Of a stretch of 64,000 nt of DNA, positions 54,268-63,180 are shown in pieces. A program made the translations under genes and the position numbers. Origin of the DNA: a virus; IMG/VR virus record IMGVR_UViG_3300044653_000068, positions 32,001 to 96,000 of that record; one strand, written 5' to 3'. Under the pieces are notes generated by a model that had not been told where the DNA came from, did no database searches, and saw only the letters and a program-made list of their open reading frames with translations. How positions within the stretch are numbered: position 1 is the first letter of the stretch; each line of letters starts with the position of its first letter.

Positions 54268-54441
54268 CGGGGGTCGTAATGCCCGTACCGGTACTGAAGA
54301 GACGGGCGCGCGTGCAGCTTGGCCATCAGCCGATCCTCCATCCCCTGCCGTGCAGCCAGTTATACGCGCAGCCGTGCACGCCCTCCGGCCAGTACCACTG
54401 CGTGGCGACTCCGGCGGGGGCGGCGAACATCCAGAGCGACC

Positions 54442-54693
54442 TCACAGAACTGGGACAACCTCGAACATCAGCATGTACTCGACCCCGACCTGGAACTTAT
54501 CGAAGGCGTCGGGATTGGACACGAACAGCTCGATGTAACCGGAGGGCGTCGCCTGGGACCACTCGTAGTTCGGACTCTGCGGGTCGGCGTCGTAAACCGG
54601 TGTGAACCGGACCAGGCGGGCGGTGTCCTCGCTGTCGTCGGGGTAGTACTGCGGCTTCGAGTTGCCGATACAGCGAACCTTGGCCTTGACCAT
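54442..54693 (-). CDS. conserved phage protein
   Basis: AGGAGG RBS; MVKAKVRC...N..WSQATPSG.I...N; in-frame upstream extension possible. Confidence 0.75.
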   Translation of the reverse strand: MVKAKVRCIGNSKPQYYPDDSEDTARLVRFTPVYDADPQSPNYEWSQATPSGYIELFVSNPDAFDKFQVGVEYMLMFEVVPVL

Positions 54694-55085
54694 TGTCTCC
54701 TCCTGTAATGACGCCTGCACCCGCAGCGGCTCGTCCGTGGCCGCCAGGCACGCGTCGATGTCGCCGATGTCGTGCATGATCCCGGCCTGCTGCCGGTCTG
54801 ACAGGAGCGCGGCCTGAAGGCCCGTGACCCGGCTCAGGTGCTCGCGCTCGTGCTCCAGCATGACGCGGGTCCAGCGTCGGAACTCCTCGATCCGGCAGCC
54901 GTCGTGGCACTCGCGCTCCATCAGACCAGGTACCACCAGTGAGCCTCCGGCCGAACGGAGAAGCCGCTGTCCCGCTGAGTCTTGGGACTGACGCCCGCCC
55001 CGGAATCATGAGGGCCCTGGCCGTTGTTGACGCTCTTATTCCGCATTACCGCTTCCTGCCTCCCGGCCCTTGATCCCGCCCACGG

Positions 55086-55259
55086 CTACCAGCGTCCCCC
55101 GTCAGGGTGGAACGTGCGCCAGCCGGCGCTGGCGGAGAAGCACGCAAGGCCGATGAACAGGAGGATGAACATGGTCCGGAGGTCGGACGCGACCGACTTG
55201 TCCACCCAGGCGACGACGGCCCCGATGATGAAGACGACCATGGCGATGAATCCGAGCAT
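55086..55259 (-). CDS. putative holin (2 TM)
   Basis: hand translation MLGFIAMVVFIIGAVVAW...MFILLFIGLACF; near the lysin; not in ORF track. Confidence 0.5.
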   Translation of the reverse strand: MLGFIAMVVFIIGAVVAWVDKSVASDLRTMFILLFIGLACFSASAGWRTFHPDGGRW

Positions 55260-55337
55260 GGTTACCGCTCCCTTTCCAGAAACGTAAGAACCACCCTGAG
55301 ACTACGCTCAGAGCGGTCCTCACGCCAGCAGCGCGGG

Positions 55338-55574
55338 TTACAGGCCTCTGGCCGCCAGAGCTGCCTCGACCGCCGCCTCGACGGCCTTGGCCGCCGCCAC
55401 GACGTCCGCCTCCAGGGCGGGAAGCTCCTTCACGGCGGCGGCGGCCGCCGCCCGGACCTCGGCCGCGATGGCGGCCTTCTCGGTCTCGAACGCGGCCTCG
55501 GCGTCGGCGAGGGCCTTGGTGACGGCTTCCTTGATCGGGTGAAGGATGTCCTCGATGTCCTGCTCAAGCCCCAT
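55338..55574 (-). CDS. Ala/Glu-rich helical protein
   Basis: GAGGAG RBS. Confidence 0.7.
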   Translation of the reverse strand: MGLEQDIEDILHPIKEAVTKALADAEAAFETEKAAIAAEVRAAAAAAVKELPALEADVVAAAKAVEAAVEAALAARGL

Positions 55575-55628
55575 GGCGTTCTCCTCGGGTGGCGGGGTTG
55601 TGGATTTGATCGTCCAGTCGAGCGCAGT

Positions 55629-56285
55629 CTAGCTCCCGGCGCGGTAGTCCGGCCAGCCCGGCACCAGGCACTCCACCCTCGGGTCGCCCAGTCCCACCCA
55701 GCCCTCGGCTGCGTAGCGGTTAGCGCCGTGCGGGTCGATGGGCGCGAGCCTCGCCAGGTACCCCGCGTTAGCCCACCAGAAGTTCCCGCCGAAGATCCCC
55801 GGCTGGAAGATCTTCTCCGGGTACTCCCCCCGGGTCAGCCAGTGGCACCCCACCGCGTCCACTGTGTGTAGTGAGTTCACGCAGTGCTTCCACCGGCCAA
55901 CAACATGACGCGTCATGTTCCTGCGCCAGGCATCGGCGAATGCGCCCCCCTGGAACGAGCCCTTGCCGTGCGCGTACATGACCGGCGTGGCCGGGTCAGT
56001 GGAGTCGTCCTTGGCGAACTCGTGCAGCGCGTCTAGGGTGACCATCTCGAAGCCCTCGGCGGCCTGCGTGAATAGCCGCCAGGCGGGCCATTTACCGTCG
56101 AGCCAGTCCATGGCCTCGATCCGCTGCGCGGGGCCGCCCACGATCCCGACGCGCACGTCCCCGTCGAACCAGGCGTCATCGAGAGCCTGGAAAAACTCGC
56201 GGGCGGGCGGCAGCCAGTTGGCGCCGTGGTGGGCGTCCCCGACCCAGAGGTGATAAAAACAAACGGGCGTCATCAGCTCTCGCAC
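55629..56285 (-). CDS. putative glycosyltransferase (YxHxKG family)
   Basis: FYH, E.VTL, YAHGKG, WRR.M, FGGNFWWA, R..AE.W.G. Confidence 0.7.
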   Translation of the reverse strand: MRELMTPVCFYHLWVGDAHHGANWLPPAREFFQALDDAWFDGDVRVGIVGGPAQRIEAMDWLDGKWPAWRLFTQAAEGFEMVTLDALHEFAKDDSTDPATPVMYAHGKGSFQGGAFADAWRRNMTRHVVGRWKHCVNSLHTVDAVGCHWLTRGEYPEKIFQPGIFGGNFWWANAGYLARLAPIDPHGANRYAAEGWVGLGDPRVECLVPGWPDYRAGS

Positions 56286-56295
56286 CTGAAATTCC

Positions 56296-56496
56296 TCAGT
56301 CTTCCTCCAGGTCCAGGCTGTCCGTGTCGTAGACCGTCAGCACCTCGGTGGGGTTGAACGAGGCGACCTTGCGGTCCCCGGAGTACACGACCACGTACAG
56401 CGAGCCGCCGTTCTCGGGATTGGCGGGCGGCTCGGTCCAGTAGTCGCCCTTGACGGCGTAGACCGCGCCGGCGAGCATCCGGACGATGACCGTCAC
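56296..56496 (-). CDS. hypothetical protein
   Basis: 66 aa, operonic. Confidence 0.55.
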   Translation of the reverse strand: MTVIVRMLAGAVYAVKGDYWTEPPANPENGGSLYVVVYSGDRKVASFNPTEVLTVYDTDSLDLEED

Positions 56497-56498
56497 GC

Positions 56499-57452
56499 TC
56501 AGCCCGTTGTGAAGTCAGCGCTGGCGAACACGCCGGGGCCGAGGTGCTCGGTGCCGGGGCCGGACGCGGACAGGTGCGCTGTGTACCGGACGCCCTCCGT
56601 CATGCCGCCGCCCTCCCACTCGCGCACGGTGCCGGGGATCTGGCGCGGGTAAGAGTCCACCAGGCCGTCCGGCCCGTAGACCCAGACGACGAAGTGATCG
56701 ACCACGGCGTGCCCGTCGAGCGGCGGCGCGGCCCACGCCAGCTTCACGGTGGTGTGGCCGGCCGAGACGACCCGCAGGTCCGCCGGGGGGCCGTAATGCC
56801 AGTCGGCGGGGGGCGGCGGGGGCGCGGGCACGTCGAAGACGGCGGCGTCCCACACGTCCGAGTCGAAGTCGGGGATCGAGGCCCACTGGGTGGCGTCGGC
56901 CTGCGGGTAGCCGCAGACGGCCGGGGAGCAGATGTGCTCGCGGAACAGCCAGTGCGCCGTCCACAGGAAGTACGAGGACCGGGCGAACCCGGCCGAGGCC
57001 AGGGCGGCGCTCACGAGGTGCGCGTCGCCGGCCGAGCAGTAGTACACCGGCTTCGCCGTGACCCCGCCCCTGCCGAGGCGCTGGAACGCGGGGGCTTCGG
57101 CGGGCGTCGCGTTGCCCGGCTCGATGTCCAGGCACGCCACGCGCTCGGCGGTCTCTACGGCCGGCGAGATGGAGACGAGCTTCGCCCCGGAGGCCTCGAA
57201 CCTGGCGACGAGCGCCGCCCAGTTGTCGAACGACCCGTAGGCGTAGCCGGCGTACACGGGCAGGCCCGCCTGGAGGTTGGCGACGTAGATCGAGTCCTGG
57301 CCGGCGAGGGTCGCCGCGCCCCCGAGCAGGTCCGCCGGCGCGAAGAGGCCGTGCTGAACGCGCCACGCCTTCGACGGGAACGCCGAGGACGGGCGGCCGA
57401 ATGCGCCGCCGGAGTAGTCGAGCCGGGAGTGGACGGTAGCGGGAGCGGTCAT
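56499..57452 (-). CDS. putative endolysin: GH25-like muramidase plus fibronectin III domain
   Basis: LDIEPGNA, PVYYCS, LWTAHW, ATQW; PP.DLRV...TTVKLAW..P...F.V...Y. Confidence 0.7.
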   Translation of the reverse strand: MTAPATVHSRLDYSGGAFGRPSSAFPSKAWRVQHGLFAPADLLGGAATLAGQDSIYVANLQAGLPVYAGYAYGSFDNWAALVARFEASGAKLVSISPAVETAERVACLDIEPGNATPAEAPAFQRLGRGGVTAKPVYYCSAGDAHLVSAALASAGFARSSYFLWTAHWLFREHICSPAVCGYPQADATQWASIPDFDSDVWDAAVFDVPAPPPPPADWHYGPPADLRVVSAGHTTVKLAWAAPPLDGHAVVDHFVVWVYGPDGLVDSYPRQIPGTVREWEGGGMTEGVRYTAHLSASGPGTEHLGPGVFASADFTTG

Positions 57453-57634
57453 GTCGCCTCCACGTACGGCAGGTTGTGATGGCAGGCCGCCAGAGCGCAA
57501 ATCGGGCAGACGAGGCCCGCCGCCCCCTCGTCCTCGTGCGACATCGGGTTGACCTCGGCGCCGTCGTCGCCGGGGGGCGCGAGCGGCGGCCCGGGGATCT
57601 CCCCGTTCTTCGGCTTGTCCCTGGCGGCGGTCAT
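57449..57634 (-). CDS. hypothetical protein
   Basis: ATGA couplings. Confidence 0.5.
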   Translation of the reverse strand: MTAARDKPKNGEIPGPPLAPPGDDGAEVNPMSHEDEGAAGLVCPICALAACHHNLPYVEAT

Positions 57635-57978
57635 GCGGCGGTCAGCTCCCTCGCCTTGTCCTCGACCGCCTTGCGGTCCGTGCCGTCGAACGGCCCCTCG
57701 ACCGACAGCCACCGGGGCCGCCAGTCGGGGCCGCCCTCGTCGAGGGGGTCCTTCCGCGCGAGCGGGGTGCCGGGACCGAACCGGTAGACGACCAGGAACG
57801 CCCGGCCGTCCGGCGCGGGAACGCCCATGACGAACTTCCGGTCCCTGTCGGCGTCATCCAGGTTCTGCGGCTGGAGGCGCGCGGCGAAGATCTTGCCCAC
57901 CGTGGCCTCGTCAACGCCGCCCCTCGCCAGCGCGCCGCAGACTTCCTCAGTGCTCAGGTACCCGTCCGTGAGGCTCAT
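57631..57978 (-). CDS. hypothetical protein
   Basis: leaderless TAGGCT-N7-ATG. Confidence 0.65.
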   Translation of the reverse strand: MSLTDGYLSTEEVCGALARGGVDEATVGKIFAARLQPQNLDDADRDRKFVMGVPAPDGRAFLVVYRFGPGTPLARKDPLDEGGPDWRPRWLSVEGPFDGTDRKAVEDKARELTAA

Positions 57979-58204
57979 AGCCCGCAGCCTACATCAGTTG
58001 TCGGTGGGTATCGACTTGAACCACACGTTGGCGATCCAGGCTGCGATCGGCGGGTACTTCACGGGATGACTGCACACGCCATTGATGCCGCAGACGGGGC
58101 AGGTGATGCCCGTGTGGTCCTTCTGCTGCTCGCTCATGCACCGAGGTTAACCGGTCGTGAAGAATCAGGCTAGCCAACTGCGCGCCGGCGGAGACGGGCC
58201 CACA

Positions 58205-58426
58205 CTACCAGGGATCGCGCGAATACCAGGACGGAATGCCCAGCTCGGGATACGAGACTCCGTACCGATGCTGGCTGTGCCCCCAGGGCTTCCCGAACTC
58301 CTTGCACTCCCAGATCGTGTAGTACCCGCACCAATTGGAGCCATTGCTGCTCGCGATCTTGCAGTCCCGGTGACGGGCGTAGAACCGGCCGGCCCTCGTC
58401 GGGCGCAGCCACCAGAAGCGGCTCAT
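58205..58426 (-). CDS. Trp/Cys-rich hypothetical protein
   Basis: ATGA coupling. Confidence 0.55.
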   Translation of the reverse strand: MSRFWWLRPTRAGRFYARHRDCKIASSNGSNWCGYYTIWECKEFGKPWGHSQHRYGVSYPELGIPSWYSRDPW

Positions 58427-58692
58427 CCGCGCCCCCGCAGCCTTAGCCGCAGCGCCCGCCGGGCGGGCTTCCGCAGCATCTTCGCCTGATCCGCCATCAC
58501 CCTCTCGACAGCGCTTCGGGGCCGGGTTCTATTCCGGTCGCGCCAGCCGTCGCACAGGAGCCAGCCTCCGGTGAGCCCGAAAAGGTAGTTCAGATCGCCC
58601 TGGTGGCGGGCGACGGCCGGGATCTTCACGCTGGCGGCCATCAGCCCGAAGAGGGCCGCGTAGACCGCGAGAGCGAGCAGCAGGCCCCTCAC
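58423..58692 (-). CDS. membrane protein
   Basis: GTGA overlap with the polymerase stop, 2 TMs. Confidence 0.55.
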   Translation of the reverse strand: MRGLLLALAVYAALFGLMAASVKIPAVARHQGDLNYLFGLTGGWLLCDGWRDRNRTRPRSAVERVMADQAKMLRKPARRALRLRLRGRG

Positions 58693-61235
58693 GACGAATC
58701 CTGCCAGGCGAGAAACGGCTCGTCGGCGTCCGCCCCGATGAGAACATCGAACCCGGGACTGGACAGAACCGACGTGGCCATGGACGCCACCAGGTGGCTG
58801 CGGGCCGCCAGCGCGTCGGCCTCCGGCACCCAGACCAGGATCTCGTCGTGGATCGGCAGCAGGGGCAGGCTCCCCCACGGCGTCTGGCTCCAGCGGATCA
58901 CCCCGTCCACCAGCAGCTCCCGGGCAGTGCCCTGGATCGCGTAGTTGCCGAAGGCGTGGGGGGCGTTCACGTAGATGTTGCGGCCCGAGTAGGTCCGGTA
59001 GACGCCCCGGCGCTTCCCGTCGAGCTGCTGGCTGAAGTTCTGCCCCGTCTCGTAGTCGCGCCAGACGGTCATGCCCTCGTAATAGCACTGGCGGAGCCAC
59101 TTGTCCCAGGCGACGTACACGGGCGCGATCTCGTCGAACGCCGACCAGACCCGCTTCATGTCCGCGACGTCGCAGTACACCTGGTCGGCCGCCGTCTCGG
59201 GGCCCCCGCCGAACAGGCGGCAGAAGATCCCGCGCTTGCACATGTACCGGTGCTCGTACAGGGCCCCCGGCCCGAACGCCGTGTGAGCCGCGAACCAGTG
59301 CAGCCCGGTGTGGGCCTTCCCGCACTCGCAGGGGTTGCCGTCGCACGCGTAGCACTTCGGCGAGATCTCGGCCGCCAGCAGGTCCGCGTCGCCGGAGAGG
59401 CCGGCCGCGACCTTGATCTCGCACCCCTGGAAGTCGGCTGAGATGCCGAGGTACCCCGGGTCAGCGCGGACCGACGCCCGGATACCGCCCTGTCGCGAGA
59501 ACTGCTGCCCGTTGGGGCGCACGCAGCTCGTCCGGCCGGTGTCCGCGTTGATCGTGTACACAGTCGGCCTCATCCGGCCGTCGCCGTAGTCGCACAGCGT
59601 CTCCAGCGGCCTCAGCAGCAGCCCGAGCGTGGTCACGTTGTGCCGGTACTCCAGGATCTGCTTGCACAGGTGGTGCAGAAGCTGGTTGTCGGTCCGGGCG
59701 ACCTTCTCCAGCTCCTTTTTCGCGGCGGAGGGGTCTCCGGTCTTCTTCGACACGCCCAGGCCGATTTCCGGGAACTGGGCTATGAGCGCCTTCGCGACTT
59801 CCGGCGAGCTGGGGTTGGAAATGCGATTTTCGCTCAGAATGGAGACATCGACCTGAGCCTGATTTCTGGCGTGCTCGTGCTTTTTGATCATTTCCTTGAT
59901 ATGCGGCGAATCGAGCTTGAAGCCGTCAAGGCCGACCCGGGCGCATTTGGCCTCGAACCACCTTTCGCGCTCCAGCACGGAATCGGCCACGGGCAGCGGG
60001 GGCAGTACGCGCATAACCGCCGCCAGGTCGAGGACGTCCGATCCGGCGTAAATCACCATCGTGACGCAGTTCTTCCGGACCATGTACCAGCCGCTGCGCT
60101 CCGGGGGCGTCGTGACGTCGGTCTCGACCAGGCAGCCCATCACCTTGAAAAGCGCGTTCTTGGCCTTTTCCGCGTTCGGCGACACCGCGTACTCGAAGAG
60201 GAGATCCCCGGCGGCCTCCTTGAGCTTGGAGGCGTCCGACCCCGAGAGCTTCGGGTCGGTGAGCTTCAGGTAGAGCACCGAGTCGTGCATCTTGGCCCAG
60301 ATATCGTCCCAGGAGATCAGGCCGGCCACGACGCACGGGATGGCGTCGGCGGCGGCAGAGTGCGCCGAGATCTTCCTCGCCAGGCCGAGCGCGAGCGAGG
60401 CGATCTGCATCTGCTCCGGGACCTGCGCGTCGAAGACCACCGCCGCGTGCTCATTGCCGAGCTGGATCGTCCGCAGCTCGTACAGCTGGTGGCCGAGGGG
60501 GTAGCCGGACGTCTCGCAGTCGAGGAACAGGTGGTCCAGGCACAGCTCGATCACGGCCCAGGCGTCCATGTCGCTGACGTGCCTCACGGTGCCGTCCCGG
60601 AAGACGACTGCGGGCAGCTGGACGGTCCCCCCTTCAGCTTCCTCCAGCTTCGCCCTGGAGGCCGCCTGCCTGGCCTCCACGCGCTCCTGGGCCCTGGCGA
60701 TCTTGAGCGCGTCGCGCTCCGCCGCCCTGGCGGCCTTTGCCAGCGCCACCGTGGCCGCCTTCTCCGCCTTGTCCGCCGCGATCTGCTCAGGTGTGCGCCG
60801 GATGCGCTTGGCTACTTGAGGGACGGGCTGGGGGACGGGCTCGGGCGGGGGCGCGTAGGGGTTCAGCGGGTTTTCGGGCTTGGGGGGGACATCCGGTCCT
60901 GGCGGTACAGGGGCATTTTCGACATTTCCGGCCGGAAATTCAAATAGAGGCACAACCGGGTCGGCCCTGGGCTCCAGCGCCATCGGCGTCCGGTTGTCCA
61001 CGTGCGCCAGCGCCTCGGCCCGCGCCTCGACGTCCTCTGCGCTCACAGCAGCCAGTCTCCCGTCGTCCTGCCTGACGATGCGCCCGGCCAGCATCTCCGC
61101 GTCGATGATCTCCCGCCAGCCGAACGGGTCGCGGTAGAGGGGGCCGGGGGCGTCGGCCAGGTGCGAGCTGAGGCGGCCGGGGAACTCCCACTCGCCCGAG
61201 GCGAGGGCCGCGTACAGCTGGTCCGATGCGTCCAC
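58689..61235 (-). CDS. polA: family A DNA polymerase with 3'-5' exonuclease
   Basis: ExoI LDCETSG, ExoIII YAGSD, TGRTSC..PN.QQ, motif A ADFQGCE, motif B R...K...F...FG, NYAIQGTA, motif C IHDEI. Confidence 0.95.
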   Translation of the reverse strand: MDASDQLYAALASGEWEFPGRLSSHLADAPGPLYRDPFGWREIIDAEMLAGRIVRQDDGRLAAVSAEDVEARAEALAHVDNRTPMALEPRADPVVPLFEFPAGNVENAPVPPGPDVPPKPENPLNPYAPPPEPVPQPVPQVAKRIRRTPEQIAADKAEKAATVALAKAARAAERDALKIARAQERVEARQAASRAKLEEAEGGTVQLPAVVFRDGTVRHVSDMDAWAVIELCLDHLFLDCETSGYPLGHQLYELRTIQLGNEHAAVVFDAQVPEQMQIASLALGLARKISAHSAAADAIPCVVAGLISWDDIWAKMHDSVLYLKLTDPKLSGSDASKLKEAAGDLLFEYAVSPNAEKAKNALFKVMGCLVETDVTTPPERSGWYMVRKNCVTMVIYAGSDVLDLAAVMRVLPPLPVADSVLERERWFEAKCARVGLDGFKLDSPHIKEMIKKHEHARNQAQVDVSILSENRISNPSSPEVAKALIAQFPEIGLGVSKKTGDPSAAKKELEKVARTDNQLLHHLCKQILEYRHNVTTLGLLLRPLETLCDYGDGRMRPTVYTINADTGRTSCVRPNGQQFSRQGGIRASVRADPGYLGISADFQGCEIKVAAGLSGDADLLAAEISPKCYACDGNPCECGKAHTGLHWFAAHTAFGPGALYEHRYMCKRGIFCRLFGGGPETAADQVYCDVADMKRVWSAFDEIAPVYVAWDKWLRQCYYEGMTVWRDYETGQNFSQQLDGKRRGVYRTYSGRNIYVNAPHAFGNYAIQGTARELLVDGVIRWSQTPWGSLPLLPIHDEILVWVPEADALAARSHLVASMATSVLSSPGFDVLIGADADEPFLAWQDSS

Positions 61236-61289
61236 GGGGCGATCCTACGCCACGCTGCGGGCCGAAACAGGCGCGAGTGACGGCCTGAG

Positions 61290-61645
61290 CGCCCTGACAG
61301 GCTGAAAAACGCCCGTCACACCGTCTGACCTGGGAAAAGTTATAGATATGGCAGATGACAGTAGTTTTTTGTAGTTAGGCTCCATGTGTGTGTGCGCACA
61401 TGCGCATATATATAGGTACATTTTTTACTGTCATAAGTGTCAAAGTGTCATAAATACCTGGTCAGAGGGTGTGACGGTGAAATGACGGTTGTGACGGTGC
61501 GATTTGGCGAGTTCAACTGTCACAACTGTCATCTTTAGGGCGTAATCCCTGGTCAGGGCACATGACAGTGACAGTTTGACAGTTGTGACAGTAAAACACG
61601 CTACTTGGGGCCTGGGGAGTTATCCACAGAAGTTATCCACAGGGG
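61290..61645. other. putative origin of replication
   Basis: AT-rich core, many TGAC(A/G)G iterons in both orientations, TTATCCACA at 61620-61628 and 61633-61641. Confidence 0.75.
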
Positions 61646-62133
61646 TGGTGCCCGAACCGGGCGAACCACTTGTTGGCCTTGACGAACTTCCCGCCTGTCC
61701 AGAAGCCCCAGGCGCGGGTCTTCGGCCCGGTCACCATGACGGTCCAGGCTCCTCGCTCCCCGGGCACCACGGTGTGCTGGTGCAGGGCGGGACGGTACCG
61801 CAGGGCGGGGGCCCGGAGAACATCCTCGCCGCCCGGGTTGAAGTCGGTGTACCCGCCGCGCACGACGAGGGTGACGAACCACCAGGGATGGTCGTGGAAG
61901 GCCCGGTCGTCGTCGGGCTTCAGCCAGTGGTGCACCCGCAGCGAGCCGAACGGCAGCTCCAGCTTCCACCGGATGACGTACGGGCACTGCGGCAGGCCCA
62001 GCTTCTCGGCCCGCGTCAGCACCGGGGGATGGTTTCGAGCCACCGACCTGCGCGTAATCTGCGCGCTGCTCTGCCTCTGAGCTACCCCGGTTCGGCGGAG
62101 CCCGCCGCGCTTGGTGGGCTCCCAGTCCTGCAC
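61633..62133 (-). CDS. cupin-fold protein (HDHPW motif); start at 62133 or 62022
   Basis: VHHW...D.DRAFHDHPW.F.T.V..GGY...H.H.V...TGP..R.WGFW. Confidence 0.8.
   Translation of the reverse strand: MQDWEPTKRGGLRRTGVAQRQSSAQITRRSVARNHPPVLTRAEKLGLPQCPYVIRWKLELPFGSLRVHHWLKPDDDRAFHDHPWWFVTLVVRGGYTDFNPGGEDVLRAPALRYRPALHQHTVVPGERGAWTVMVTGPKTRAWGFWTGGKFVKANKWFARFGHHPCG
62020..62091 (-). tRNA. degenerate tRNA-Ile(GAT)-like element
   Basis: perfect stems ACCGGGG/CCCCGGT, GCTC/GAGC, GCGCG/CGCGC; A at position 33, T-loop CTCGAAA, no CCA. Confidence 0.75.
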
Positions 62134-62153
62134 GACGACAACCTACCTCACTG

Positions 62154-62522
62154 TCAGGGCCAGTAAGCGGCCAGCTTGGTGACCGCCTTGACAGGACCCG
62201 TGTAATCGCTGGTGAGGGCGTTTACCGTACCGATCTTGTCCGCGTACCAGTACGGACACCACACGAGGTCGCCCGGCTTTACCCGGAGCCGGGTTAGCCA
62301 GGTCGCCCCGTCAGCGACTATCTTTACCGGCTGGACCAGGTACCCGCGATGGGGCGGGCACTTATGACTCTGCCGGCCGTTTATCACGGCAGCCTCAGTG
62401 CGGTAATAAGGAGAATACGAACCACACTTCAGACACTCGACGTTGTACCAGGTGACAGGCTTGTTATAGTGCGTCATCTGAACAGGGTGCGCCACATAAT
62501 TCTTAGTGCTGAGAACCGGCAT
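62154..62522 (-). CDS. hypothetical protein with a Cys/His motif
   Basis: AAAGGA RBS, CLKC...HKC. Confidence 0.6.
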   Translation of the reverse strand: MPVLSTKNYVAHPVQMTHYNKPVTWYNVECLKCGSYSPYYRTEAAVINGRQSHKCPPHRGYLVQPVKIVADGATWLTRLRVKPGDLVWCPYWYADKIGTVNALTSDYTGPVKAVTKLAAYWP

Positions 62523-62532
62523 CCTTTATCTC

Positions 62533-63180
62533 CTATCTGTACGGGCTGTCGTCTTCCTTGCGGTTCTGACGCCGGATGATAGACGCCACCCGGTCGATCG
62601 GGTAGTCCCTGACCACGGACTTCTCGACCACCTCCTGTACGACTGCCTTGGTTTCCGCCGTCAGCGCCACGTACACGCCGGGGGGCAGCGCGGCGATCTC
62701 GCCGGTCACCGGGTTCCGGTACAGGCCCAGCGCCCTCAGCTCACGGTCTTCCTTGCGCTGGGTCCGCGCCTTGTACTGGGTGAGCTTCAGCTCGTCAGGC
62801 GTTGGCGCGATCTCGGGCTGCTCAACGAGCTGCTGCGGGTACACCAGAACAGCCCCGGCCCGGAAGGCGGGTATCACTTCCTCGTTGATCTTGCGCCGCA
62901 GTTCAGCGCTGAGCCCGTAGGCCAGGTGGTTGACGCCGGACTCGGTGAGCCAGTAGGGGCTGGGCTTGCCCCGCCCACGCATGCCGAGCTTCACCGCTGA
63001 AATCTCAGCGGTGAACGTCACGTAGTCCCATTCATCGAGCGTGGGGATCACGTTGTTGGGCCTGAGGCCGAAGGTACTGGCCACGTCTGGCATGTACGCG
63101 ACGCGCCTGCCCTCGTGCTCGATGGTGCGGATCTGGCCGCCGTTGAAGGGCACCAGCTCGGTGCCGGGGTTATCTGGCAT
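62533..63180 (-). CDS. BRO-N domain (antirepressor-like) protein
   Basis: FNGGQIRTI...DVA..FG...LTESGV..L...EEVIPAFR. Confidence 0.8.
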   Translation of the reverse strand: MPDNPGTELVPFNGGQIRTIEHEGRRVAYMPDVASTFGLRPNNVIPTLDEWDYVTFTAEISAVKLGMRGRGKPSPYWLTESGVNHLAYGLSAELRRKINEEVIPAFRAGAVLVYPQQLVEQPEIAPTPDELKLTQYKARTQRKEDRELRALGLYRNPVTGEIAALPPGVYVALTAETKAVVQEVVEKSVVRDYPIDRVASIIRRQNRKEDDSPYR

